A DNA stretch of 54,519 nucleotides from positions 1 to 54,519 of the forward strand of contig JAAYTX010000067.1 of NCBI GenBank assembly GCA_012523635.1, in the 5' to 3' direction. Numbering within the stretch: position 1 is the first letter of the stretch; every line of letters starts with the position of its first letter. Of the stretch, positions 18,431 through 26,627 are shown one piece after another. Made by a program: the position numbers and the translations under genes. Under the pieces are notes generated by a model. The model had not been told where the DNA came from, searched no databases, and worked only from the letters and a program-made list of their open reading frames with translations. This DNA comes from Elusimicrobiota bacterium (GTDB lineage: Bacteria > Elusimicrobiota > Elusimicrobia > Elusimicrobiales > Elusimicrobiaceae).

Positions 18431-19264
18431 TCAGCGGGGAGAAGGCTTGCGGTTGGCGTCCGCCAGGGCGGCAAGGCCCGGCGTTTTAAAAGCAGGCCAA
18501 GACATAGCCTCGTCCTTACCGAAAACGCCAAGCCATTGAAGCTTGGTGTTGCCCTCAAGGCTGTGCAACAAACGCCGTTCGCACTCCGCATCAAACTCGC
18601 CGGAAAGCAGACTCAACCTGGACAGGCCCAGCTTGTTTACCGCGTAAGCCGCCTCATCCAGCAATTCCGGGGAATCAACGACGGTGTCGCCGCTGAAATA
18701 CCAAAACAGCCCAAGCATTTCAAGAACGGAGCCGTCGTCGGGCTTGCGAAGCGAGGCCAATGTATCGGCAAAGGCGCGTATGGCACCCGGCTCAAAAGTG
18801 GTGCAAAGCAGAATAATACTGCGGACATCGCCCGCCGCCAGCGCCCTTGCCAGCTGTTCCGTCGCAGGCCTGCTAAGCCAGGAATAAGCGCGGTTCCCAT
18901 CCTTGTCCTCAGGCCCCCACTGCTGGAATATCACAAAACTGTTATAAGGCTTGAATTCCGGCTTCATGGCAGTCATCAGCCCTTCAATTGAATCCACCTC
19001 TACAAACGGTTTTTTGGAATCATAAGTCGTCGTTTTCCAGTCATTATCAGAATACGGATTGAACCACGGTTTCCGGCAAAACTGCACGCCTATCGCGTTT
19101 GAGGACGAAGACGGCGAACCTGACCGTACCGCAGGCGAATGAGGGCGGCGCGTCCGCCACAAAATCAGTCCTGCCGTAAGAATACATAACACCAGCACCA
19201 ATCCCATACGCCTCCTTGCCAGGGAAAATAATTTACAGACAGGACACTCGAGGCCGCAGTTCAT
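18431..19264 (-). CDS. hypothetical membrane-anchored protein
   Basis: 277-aa ORF with one N-terminal TM helix (MGLVLVLCILTAGLILW). I recognise no motif. It is codirectional with its neighbours. Confidence 0.5.
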   Translation of the reverse strand: MNCGLECPVCKLFSLARRRMGLVLVLCILTAGLILWRTRRPHSPAVRSGSPSSSSNAIGVQFCRKPWFNPYSDNDWKTTTYDSKKPFVEVDSIEGLMTAMKPEFKPYNSFVIFQQWGPEDKDGNRAYSWLSRPATEQLARALAAGDVRSIILLCTTFEPGAIRAFADTLASLRKPDDGSVLEMLGLFWYFSGDTVVDSPELLDEAAYAVNKLGLSRLSLLSGEFDAECERRLLHSLEGNTKLQWLGVFGKDEAMSWPAFKTPGLAALADANRKPSPR

Positions 19265-19288
19265 TTGCAGGATTTTAGCAAAACAAAC

Positions 19289-19660
19289 TCAACGCTGGGG
19301 AAGCGGCAGACCCTGTTGTTTCAAGAATGTCAGCTTGTCCCAATAGCCGCGCTGAAACACTATCCGCGAATCCACCACATGGAAAAAACCGCAGCCCCTG
19401 AGACCCAAAGGGTCGCGCCATTCCATTATGGCCCATTCCCCGTCCTCGAAAATATTTTCCACTATGCAGGTCATTGCTGCCGAGGCAAACGAATCCGCGA
19501 ACATTTTTCGTATGGCTTTTCTCCCTTTTATCGGCTTTTCGGCCACCTGATGGTTCACCGCATCCCAAGCATACAGTGCGGCAAGCCCGTCAGCGTCGCC
19601 GCGGTTGAATGCCTCGACAAATTTCAGCAGAACGGATTTAGGCCCCGGGGCTGAAGTCAT
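19289..19660 (-). CDS. SnoaL-like / NTF2-fold protein
   Basis: LLKFVEAFNRGDADGLAALYAWDAVNHQV...GRKAIRKMF is the typical N-terminal pattern of SnoaL/NTF2-like domains. ATGA overlap with the upstream gene. Confidence 0.7.
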   Translation of the reverse strand: MTSAPGPKSVLLKFVEAFNRGDADGLAALYAWDAVNHQVAEKPIKGRKAIRKMFADSFASAAMTCIVENIFEDGEWAIMEWRDPLGLRGCGFFHVVDSRIVFQRGYWDKLTFLKQQGLPLPQR

Positions 19661-20541
19661 TTCCCTTTTTTCTCCGCGCCGGGAATCGCCGGAAGACGCC
19701 GCCCCAGCACCATGCAGTTGAATATGATGCGCCCCACCTGTTCCCGCGTCATGTAAGCGTTGCTCCCGGGCACCTCGTCCAGCGATACGACGGTGTGCTC
19801 GGCTATATTGTAAACCTTAGACGCTATGGCGCCCTGCTTCCACACCGCCTCATTTTCCAGGTCGCTGTCCGTGCTGAAATGGACCAGCAGCCCGCCGCAT
19901 TTGCGGAAAGCCCAGGTTTCATTTGCCACTTCCAGCAGCGGGGCCAGATAGATGTCTTGCTCCCACTTGTCGCAAGCGGCCCCGGCGCCCTGCTTCTGCG
20001 CCGCTTTTCCCTCGTTGTCCGACTGGTATTTTTTTATGGCCACGGCGGCAGCCTCGCTGAAACGCCGCAGGATTTCCTCTTTCGGGAAGCGGGCCAAAAC
20101 CCTTTTGGAATGCTCGTAATCCTTCAGCGCCCGATAACTGATTCTGATTTCCTCATAGCCTTCCGGGCGGTCTTTCGGGCACGGGCGCGATACGTTCACT
20201 ATCTTGAAACGCCCGCTCCTGACTGTCTGCCCCAGCTCTGGTATCGCGTAATCGGATTTTTTCAGCACCACGTCCACGTCCAGGTCTGGAATCAGCACCT
20301 CTCCGAATAGGCTTTTGTCGCCCGGGTCCAATTTCGGCTCAAGCTGTCGCACCCAAAACGCCACATCGTCCTTGCCGCCCAGCTTCGCGGCGTCCTGTTC
20401 GTCCAGATACCAGCGGTACAGATGCCACACCGTCTCATGCAGCAGGCCGACATCCTTCAATTCCGGGACAGGCGCGCCCTGCGCGCAGGCTGGCCCCGCG
20501 CAGAGGAATAAAGACAGCGCGGCGCAACACAAAGTTTTCAT
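19657..20541 (-). CDS. hypothetical secreted protein
   Basis: Signal peptide MKTLCCAALSLFLCAGPACAQG. 294 aa with no recognised motif. 4-nt overlaps on both sides. Confidence 0.55.
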   Translation of the reverse strand: MKTLCCAALSLFLCAGPACAQGAPVPELKDVGLLHETVWHLYRWYLDEQDAAKLGGKDDVAFWVRQLEPKLDPGDKSLFGEVLIPDLDVDVVLKKSDYAIPELGQTVRSGRFKIVNVSRPCPKDRPEGYEEIRISYRALKDYEHSKRVLARFPKEEILRRFSEAAAVAIKKYQSDNEGKAAQKQGAGAACDKWEQDIYLAPLLEVANETWAFRKCGGLLVHFSTDSDLENEAVWKQGAIASKVYNIAEHTVVSLDEVPGSNAYMTREQVGRIIFNCMVLGRRLPAIPGAEKKGK

Positions 20542-21245
20542 CGTTTAAGCTCCTTTAAAGTGAAAAACCGGTTCCCGCCCAAAGCCCCCTCCGCGGAATT
20601 CGGGATCTTCACGAAATTGCCGCCCGGGAAGTAATAGTCCTCGTTGGCCAGCCAAGCATATGCCCGGCCAGTGACGCGGACCTTGCCCACTATTTTCAAT
20701 CCGGCGTAGCGGTCCGCGCCCGGCATCCCCCCTGCAATATAGGCGTCAGCCAAGCCCTGTGCGTAGGACAGCAATCTGGCGAAACTTCCCCGCGTGCCGC
20801 GGTTGGCTATTTTCACCAGCGATTTCACCCGCTGGTGAACCCTTGGCACGGCTTTGAAAGCGCCGTTCTTGTCCCGGTAAAAGCCGTCCATCTGGCCACG
20901 CTTGCCGCCGGCCGTGATGACATCTATGATGTCCCTGCTTTTAACGGCGGCGACCTCTCTTTGCGTGTAGCCGGGCGGAATATGGTGTATCCTCCCGTGG
21001 CACACCCACAGTATCGCCAGCATTGCCGCCTTGGTGTCCTCTTCGCTGACCCAGCCGTATTCACCCGGGAAAGGCGGTTCGTTTATCAAAAGCCGCGCTA
21101 TATATCCGGCCTTGGTGCTGGCTGGCTTGAGCTGTATCTTGTCCTGTACCTGGGCGCTTGCCGCCGGGGCGAAAAACGCGGCAGCGCACAAAACCGCAAT
21201 GGCGGCGAAAGCGCGCCTGGCCTTAAATGGATGATATCCGGGCAT
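20538..21245 (-). CDS. hypothetical secreted protein
   Basis: Signal peptide (AFAAIAVLCAAAFFAPAASAQ), 235 aa. It has a weak resemblance to SleB-type cell-wall hydrolase cores (ARLLINEPP...AAMLAILWV) that I cannot confirm. Confidence 0.5.
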   Translation of the reverse strand: MPGYHPFKARRAFAAIAVLCAAAFFAPAASAQVQDKIQLKPASTKAGYIARLLINEPPFPGEYGWVSEEDTKAAMLAILWVCHGRIHHIPPGYTQREVAAVKSRDIIDVITAGGKRGQMDGFYRDKNGAFKAVPRVHQRVKSLVKIANRGTRGSFARLLSYAQGLADAYIAGGMPGADRYAGLKIVGKVRVTGRAYAWLANEDYYFPGGNFVKIPNSAEGALGGNRFFTLKELKR

Positions 21246-21264
21246 AATCAGAGTCGGGGCCCTT

Positions 21265-21807
21265 TCACACGCCGGGAGGCAGTTTGTTAAGCATTATCTT
21301 TCTATGGTTCACTTTGCGCCCGTCTATGCCGAAAGTGCCGTCGCCAACGGCATGAAGCTGGCGTTTATCCCGGCATCCCGGATTTATCCATGCGGCCACG
21401 CCATCCAGTATAAAGATGCCGTGCTTTTTGATATGCTCGGCAACTCGGCACTCTATGGCCGCGTAGCACTCCTTTATCAGCGGGGCCTTAACCGCTTCGG
21501 CCCTTAGCGGCGTAAGGCCGAATTTGGCGAACTTGTCGGTATCTCGCCCGGAACAGCTTCCAATCTCCACGGCTTTTTTGGCCATGCCCGCGCCCGGAAT
21601 ACAAAGCACGCACTCGCGGGTCTTCACAAGCGCCTCATAGGAATGGTTCCAGGGTCCGGTCAGCAGAGCGAAGCGCGGAGTGAAATCCATAACCATGGTC
21701 CAGGAAATTGCCATAACGTTGGCCTTGCCGCCGTGGCTCGTGCTCACCAACACAAGCGGCCCCGGCTCAATTAAAGTGAATGCCTTTTCAAGCGGAAACT
21801 TTCGCAT
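21265..21807 (-). CDS. flavin reductase-like (FMN-binding split-barrel) protein
   Basis: The true start is likely MRKFPLEKAFTLIEPGPLVLVSTSHGGKANVMAISW (ATG 21805-21807), a typical flavin reductase domain N-terminus. The track ORF extends to 22002 across the divergent promoter. Confidence 0.75.
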   Translation of the reverse strand: MRKFPLEKAFTLIEPGPLVLVSTSHGGKANVMAISWTMVMDFTPRFALLTGPWNHSYEALVKTRECVLCIPGAGMAKKAVEIGSCSGRDTDKFAKFGLTPLRAEAVKAPLIKECYAAIECRVAEHIKKHGIFILDGVAAWINPGCRDKRQLHAVGDGTFGIDGRKVNHRKIMLNKLPPGV

Positions 21808-21943
21808 AAAGGGGCTCCTGAGCCCAATGCCGAAGGATAAGGCCCCGCAATTCCGCCAGCGGGATATATTTTCGCATAACTTTACAATACATACGTATAT
21901 TTTGATATATTTACCGCAATCTAAAAAGGGAGGCGCAGCGCAC

Positions 21944-22684
21944 ATGGCAAAAAAAATACTGGTTATCGTCTGTCTGGCACTGATTCTGCCGGCAAACGCC
22001 ATGGCCTATTGGGGCTTAGGGCTGAAGGGAGGAGGCGTCTCCAGCAAAACCGACGACCTGCAGCACGAAATGGACTACTGGTCCTCTGCCGGCGCAGGCA
22101 GCTATTCGGCCACGCTGAATAAAAACAACGGCTTCGGCGGCCTTGAACTGTTTTTCGAAGGGAACGGAGCAAGCAGATGGGGGCTCTCTCTGGGCTTCAA
22201 CGGCACCGCGGAAAACAAACTGGATGAAACGCTCAACGGCGACAGGGCCAAAATAAACGCCAGCGCCAAATCAGTTCCCGTCACAATCTACTGGAAACAC
22301 AAGGTTGAAGATTCCAACGTCGCATTCCGCCTTGGCGCGGGCGCGGACATCATGAAAGCGCAAACACTTGTAACCAACACGTCCGGAACCGAAACCGAAT
22401 ACTCCCAGACCAAAGCCGTGCCGCACGTGGACGCAGGCGTTGAGTGGTACATCTTTAAACGCGTTTCTCTTGGAGTCAACCTCGCCTACCTGTTCGCGGC
22501 CAAATTCGACGAACTCAATGGAACCAGCGGCGGCCGGGACGTGCAGCTTTACACCGTGCCTTACGCCATCGGCAGCAAAATCGTCACGGCCAGCAGCCAA
22601 CCGGCCGGCAGCAACCGCTATTGCCAGGACTACACCGGCGTCCGAGGCGACATCGCGCTGCGTTTTTATTTCGGCGGGAACTGA
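21944..22684 (+). CDS. small outer-membrane beta-barrel protein (porin/OmpW-like size)
   Basis: ATG at 21944 is preceded by AAAGGGAGG at Shine-Dalgarno distance. Signal peptide MAKKILVIVCLALILPANA. Alternating hydrophobic strands run through to the C-terminal DIALRFYFGGN. The track ORF begins upstream at 21680, within the antisense of the neighbouring gene. Confidence 0.65.
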   Translation: MAKKILVIVCLALILPANAMAYWGLGLKGGGVSSKTDDLQHEMDYWSSAGAGSYSATLNKNNGFGGLELFFEGNGASRWGLSLGFNGTAENKLDETLNGDRAKINASAKSVPVTIYWKHKVEDSNVAFRLGAGADIMKAQTLVTNTSGTETEYSQTKAVPHVDAGVEWYIFKRVSLGVNLAYLFAAKFDELNGTSGGRDVQLYTVPYAIGSKIVTASSQPAGSNRYCQDYTGVRGDIALRFYFGGN

Positions 22685-22706
22685 GCACGCCTCGCAACAA
22701 TAAAAA

Positions 22707-22734
22707 GCCCGCCCCTTAAACAGGGCGGGCTTTT
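22707..22734. terminator. bidirectional rho-independent terminator between convergent genes
   Basis: GCCCGCCC-cttaaaca-GGGCGGGC with an A-run upstream and TTTT downstream. It lies between the OMP gene (+, ends 22684) and otsA (-, ends 22767). Confidence 0.8.
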
Positions 22735-22766
22735 CATTGGGTGGAATTCCTAGTTTCCGCTGCGTC

Positions 22767-24245
22767 TCACTCTGCGAACTCGATTTTCAGCAGTTCCGAA
22801 ATCATCTTCCCGGCCCAGCGGTAGATGTTATTCTCCTCCACGGTCTTGCTCATCCTTGACATGCGTTTGCGGCGCTCCTCCTCTGGCATGGTGAGGGCGG
22901 AATACAGCGCCTCGGCGAACTGTTCCCTGTCGTAGGGGTTGATGGTCACGGCCTCGGTCAACTCACGCGAGGCTCCGGCGAACTGGCTTAGCACCAGCAT
23001 CCCGTTCCCTCCTTCGGAACTCACCACATACTCCTTGGCCACCAGGTTCATGCCGTCGTGCAGCGGGCTCACTATACAAACGTCGCCCAGCTTGAAGAAA
23101 GCAAGCGGTTCGGGATAGTTCAGGTGGCGGCGTATCAGTATTATCGGCTTCCAGGTGTCGGTGGAGTGCTTCCAGTTTATCTGTTCCACCAGCATATTGA
23201 TTTCGTCGTTCAGCTGCTTGTAACGGGGAATATGCAGGCGGCTTATCTCGCCCATCTGAAGGAAGACGAATTTTTCGGCCAGTTCAGGGCGAAGCTCCAG
23301 CAGCCTGTCCACGGCCAGCAGGCGTTCTGGGATGCCCTTGGTGTAGTCCAGGCGGTCCAGCCCCAGCAGAACTTTCTTGCCGGAAAGGCCGAATTCCTCG
23401 GTAAGCTGGCGGGCCATGTCCTCCACCACTGGTTTTTGCACCATCTGGCGTATGTCGGTGTAATCCACGCTGATTGGGAAAGGGCGAATCAGGGTTTCAT
23501 GCCCGCCCCGGATTATGGACTGGCGCTCCCGGTCGATCTTGCTTTCCAGTTCGCGGTCCACGGTGTCGAGGAAGTTATTGCAGTGGTAGCGGATATGAAA
23601 GCCCAGCAGGTCGTTGGCCAGCAGGCCTTCCAGAATTTCGCGCTTCTGCGGGCAGATGCGAAAAGTCTCGTACGAAGGCCAGGGGATATGCCAGAAGTGC
23701 GCGGTTATGGTCTGGTTCGGCAATTTCTCCTTCAGGAATTTGGGCAGCATGCACAGGTGGTAGTCCTGTATCCACACGAAAGCCTTGCGGCCCTGCAATT
23801 CCTCGGCGATGGCGTCGGCGAATTTTTCGTTGACCTTGAGATAGCTCTCCCAGTCCTCTTTCCTGAAAACCGGGCGCGTGAACGCGGTATGGCAAAGCGG
23901 CCATATGGCCTCGTTTGAAAAACCGTAGTAATACCCTATCTCCTCCTGCTTGGTGAGCCACACCCGCTTGAGAGTGTAGGAAGGGTTGTCCGGCGGCACG
24001 GCCACCTTGCCGGAAGGGCCGGAGGCGCGCTTGTCGCCGTCGCCGTTGCCCCAGGCCACCCAAAGCCCGTTGCAGGACTGCAATATGGGGTCCAGCGCGG
24101 TTATGACGCCGCCGGAACCCCGGTTCACGGCTATTTTGCCGCGCTGCTGCACATGAATGTAAGGTTCGCGGTTTGACACCACGATAAACACATAGTCGGA
24201 GAGCTTCTCCTTTATCAGTTCCTGCAATGCCTGTTTTGTCCACAT
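22767..24245 (-). CDS. otsA: alpha,alpha-trehalose-phosphate synthase (GT20)
   Basis: 492 aa with OtsA-like sequence throughout (VSNREPY..., [46 protein letters not shown]). Confidence 0.9.
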   Translation of the reverse strand: MWTKQALQELIKEKLSDYVFIVVSNREPYIHVQQRGKIAVNRGSGGVITALDPILQSCNGLWVAWGNGDGDKRASGPSGKVAVPPDNPSYTLKRVWLTKQEEIGYYYGFSNEAIWPLCHTAFTRPVFRKEDWESYLKVNEKFADAIAEELQGRKAFVWIQDYHLCMLPKFLKEKLPNQTITAHFWHIPWPSYETFRICPQKREILEGLLANDLLGFHIRYHCNNFLDTVDRELESKIDRERQSIIRGGHETLIRPFPISVDYTDIRQMVQKPVVEDMARQLTEEFGLSGKKVLLGLDRLDYTKGIPERLLAVDRLLELRPELAEKFVFLQMGEISRLHIPRYKQLNDEINMLVEQINWKHSTDTWKPIILIRRHLNYPEPLAFFKLGDVCIVSPLHDGMNLVAKEYVVSSEGGNGMLVLSQFAGASRELTEAVTINPYDREQFAEALYSALTMPEEERRKRMSRMSKTVEENNIYRWAGKMISELLKIEFAE

Positions 24246-24593
24246 AAGCCCTCCCTAGGCCGGAAGCCAACAGCGGCAGCAGCAAACGCACACCCGCGCC
24301 AATGCGGACGCAATGCCGCACGCCGACAGCCTATTTAGTTTAACCTGCGCTGAAAAACTGTCCAGTAAAAATCGTGCGCGGGCGGTTGCGCAGCGCCAGC
24401 GCCACAATTCCGCCAGTTTCTACGGCGGACAGTTACAGCACAAACCTGTCCAAGAGCCAGCATATGCCGCCCCACAGCAGAAACATCTTTAGCAGAAGCC
24501 TAAAAGTCAGCCCCCACGATGCTTCAATTTTCTGCCGCGGCACGATTCCCGGGTTTTTATCCGAATTCATGAGCGCGCCGGTTTTTTAGCCAA

Positions 24594-24633
24594 CAAAAAA
24601 ACCGCCTCCTAGTTTTTAAGCTAGTGATGGCGG
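24594..24633 (-). terminator. rho-independent terminator downstream of the acetyltransferase gene
   Basis: The minus strand reads CCGCCATCACTAG-cttaaaaa-CTAGGAGGCGG followed by TTTTTTTT. Outer 5 bp and inner 4 bp pair around a small internal loop. Confidence 0.5.
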
Positions 24634-24777
24634 CCCGACCATCTCAATCCTCCGGGATAGCGTCCCCGGACCCTTTAATTTAGTTTACCTTGCCTCAAAA
24701 GAGATGTCCAGTGAAATGATAAGCCGGGCGAGATGATATCAGGAATTGTGCGGCATGATTTAGATGAAGCCTTAAGG

Positions 24778-25425
24778 TCACATCAAGGAATTAATCAAGG
24801 ACGGGTCTTCACCGCGCAGAAAATCCAAGTTGGCGCGTATTTTCTCAGCCGGCCAATCCCACCATTTTAAGCGCAACAGATCTTTAATTGTCGCATCATC
24901 AAAACGCTTGCGAATCAATTTCGCCGGCGCGCCGCCAACGATTTCATACGGGCCTACATTTTTGGTCACCACGGAGCGCGCAGCGATTACGGCTCCGTCC
25001 GCGATATGCACTCCCGGCATGATAAGGCTTTCAAAACAGAACCAGACGTCATTGCCGACCACGGTATCACCCTTGTTGTCCCACGCATCGGTGACTTTAA
25101 GGGATTTGTCCCATTGTTCGGCGAATACCGGGAAGGTGTATATCGACATCGCAGCGATTTTGTGATTGCCACCGTTCATAATGAACTTTGTACCGCAGGC
25201 GACGGCACAAAACTTGCCTATTATGAGTTTGTCATTATTGGATGGATAATGGTAAAGCACATTTTTGGTTTCGAAAACGCAGGGATCCGAAAAATCATGA
25301 TAAATTGTGTAATCGCCTACAATTATGTTGGGCTTGCTAATGACATTCTTAAGATATACTGACGTCTTGTCACCAGTGCGCGGATATTTTATGGCAGGAT
25401 TCGGATGAAAAGCTGTGTCGGTCAT
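24778..25425 (-). CDS. Vat-family streptogramin A O-acetyltransferase (xenobiotic acyltransferase, hexapeptide repeat)
   Basis: KNVISKPNIIVGDYTIYHDF...VLYHYPSNNDKLIIGKFCAVACGTKFIMNGGNHK...VGNDVWFCFESLIMPGVHIADGAVIAARSVV matches the Vat/CatB XAT family by eye, and the size (215 aa) fits. G+C is visibly lower than in the flanks. Confidence 0.85.
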   Translation of the reverse strand: MTDTAFHPNPAIKYPRTGDKTSVYLKNVISKPNIIVGDYTIYHDFSDPCVFETKNVLYHYPSNNDKLIIGKFCAVACGTKFIMNGGNHKIAAMSIYTFPVFAEQWDKSLKVTDAWDNKGDTVVGNDVWFCFESLIMPGVHIADGAVIAARSVVTKNVGPYEIVGGAPAKLIRKRFDDATIKDLLRLKWWDWPAEKIRANLDFLRGEDPSLINSLM

Positions 25426-25590
25426 ACTAATGATGTTATCAAACTTTCCGTGTCAGTCAACTAAATAATCAATCCCGATTTAGCGTAAAATATGGCGTGT
25501 CTTTCCACGCCGCTATCATCCTATTCCAACTAGAAAATAAAGCTCAAATAAAAAAACTCAGAAAAAGGCTTTTGTACTCTCGCTGAACAA

Positions 25591-25677
25591 GTGGAATCCT
25601 GCCATGGCTCATGCCCGCGCCCAGCGCGGCCTCACTCCGTCTTTCTAATCCCACACACGCGTCAAGCAGTTGGACTG
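25591..25677. repeat. tRNA-flank repeat family, short copy R1 (ends with the 31-bp direct repeat)
   Basis: Begins GTGGAATCC (compare GTGGGATTCC in R2 and R3). Ends CCGTCTTTCTAATCCCACACACGCGTCAAGCAGTTGGACTG, and its last 31 bp are identical to 26420-26450. Confidence 0.7.
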
Positions 25678-25713
25678 CCCCATCTCCGTAAGGGACTTTG
25701 AACGCAAGAACTT

Positions 25714-26259
25714 TTACTGCCCCATGTTAATGGGTAAATCGAAGATATCATCTTGATTCTTTGTGAATTGCTTCTGAAAAATTTCAGCACATTTGTCTTT
25801 ATCCAAATTCATATCACCTATTTGTTGCGCAATATGGTCCGGTAAAATTGGGATGTCAGGATATTTAGACTGCATATAAACATAAAATAAATTTAAACTA
25901 TTAAAAGATTTTTTCGTAAAGCACATATACATAAGGCATGCATCTAAGATAAAGATTTCAGTATCTTCAGAATTAAAGGTAAGTGTTTTGCTTTTATGGC
26001 GGGAATGTTTAAAAAAATTTTGTGCCTCATGCCATGCATCTATTGTGGCTTTGCGTTCAACTTTGGGGATAAACTTTTCTATATATTTCGACATACTCAT
26101 AACATCAGTGTGTTTAGTGAGTCCAATTAATATACCCCTAGCAGCAGAGGCTAGTGTGTGTGTGGCAATAGGACTCCGTTTTTGAAACAACATGGCAATC
26201 GCTTCTTCTAATTGATCCCTAGCAGCGTCAATGGAGCTAATTGATATTTCCATAAGCAT
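25714..26259 (-). CDS. hypothetical protein, strongly AT-rich orphan ORF
   Basis: Start chosen at ATG 26257-26259 (MLMEISISSIDAARDQLEEAI...). The track GTG start at 26427 lies in repeat R2. Hand counts of two 60-nt lines inside the ORF give 15% and 30% G+C, against about 65% in a typical flanking line. No recognised motif. Confidence 0.55.
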   Translation of the reverse strand: MLMEISISSIDAARDQLEEAIAMLFQKRSPIATHTLASAARGILIGLTKHTDVMSMSKYIEKFIPKVERKATIDAWHEAQNFFKHSRHKSKTLTFNSEDTEIFILDACLMYMCFTKKSFNSLNLFYVYMQSKYPDIPILPDHIAQQIGDMNLDKDKCAEIFQKQFTKNQDDIFDLPINMGQ

Positions 26260-26273
26260 ATTATATGGCAAAC

Positions 26274-26450
26274 GGGGTGGGATTCCCCAAAACTTCGCGT
26301 CTTTCAGGACGCGAGTTTTGGGCCGGGCTCGCGGCGACCGAGTTAAGACGAGGAAGTGCCGCTTCGACATGCTTTTGGAAGAGCGGCCCTCGCAGTGCTC
26401 GGCATCGGTCCGTCCTTCGAATCCCACACACGCGTCAAGCAGTTGGACTG
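26274..26450. repeat. tRNA-flank repeat family, copy R2
   Basis: The left end GGGGTGGGATTCC copies the tRNA-Ser T-arm. The right end TTCGAATCCCAC is its inverted copy. Internal hairpin CCCAAAACTTCGCGTC/GACGCGAGTTTTGGG. Block 26349-26388 matches the reverse complement of 50645-50683 (about 36/40). Blocks GGGCTCGCGGC and CTCGGCATCGGTCCGTCCTTCGAATCC are shared with R5. Confidence 0.75.
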
Positions 26451-26467
26451 ATTACCCTTTATTAACC

Positions 26468-26627
26468 GGGTGGGATTCCTCCTCACCCGGTTTTATGCCG
26501 CGCCCTGCGGGCTGGCAAAAACCTCCTTCGTCGCCGGGCAGTTTTGCTGACGCTTCGCCCTTCGCCCCGGCTCAGGGCTCCGCTTTTCGTCCACTGGACG
26601 CGCAAAAGTTGCCTTCGAATCCTTCCC
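26468..26627. repeat. tRNA-flank repeat family, copy R3
   Basis: The left end GGGTGGGATTC is an 11-nt copy of tRNA-Ser(UGA) positions 26696-26706. Block CCGGTTTTATGCCGCGCCCTGCGGGCTGGCAAAAACCTCCT is nearly identical to 50713-50757. The right end is GCCTTCGAATCCTTCCC. Confidence 0.75.

Noticed and set aside
24433-24570. Unlisted 45-aa minus-strand ORF MNSDKNPGIVPRQKIEASWGLTFRLLLKMFLLWGGICWLLDRFVL with one TM helix. It is vaguely reminiscent of small AtpZ-like membrane peptides.
   Set aside because: It has no recognisable Shine-Dalgarno sequence, sits just downstream of a terminator, and is too short to assess. It is worth a proteomics or conservation check but is not reportable as a gene.
24634-24777. 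Possible small RNA (SRP/4.5S-like or riboswitch) in the 180-nt gap downstream of the acetyltransferase gene.
   Set aside because: I could not find the conserved SRP domain IV sequence or any riboswitch core. The only convincing structure is a terminator hairpin with a T-run.
25591-26627. CRISPR array or tandem repeat interpretation of the repeated sequences.
   Set aside because: The copies differ in length (87-215 bp) and are irregularly spaced and partly inverted. No cas genes are present, and nothing resembles a short regular repeat-spacer pattern.
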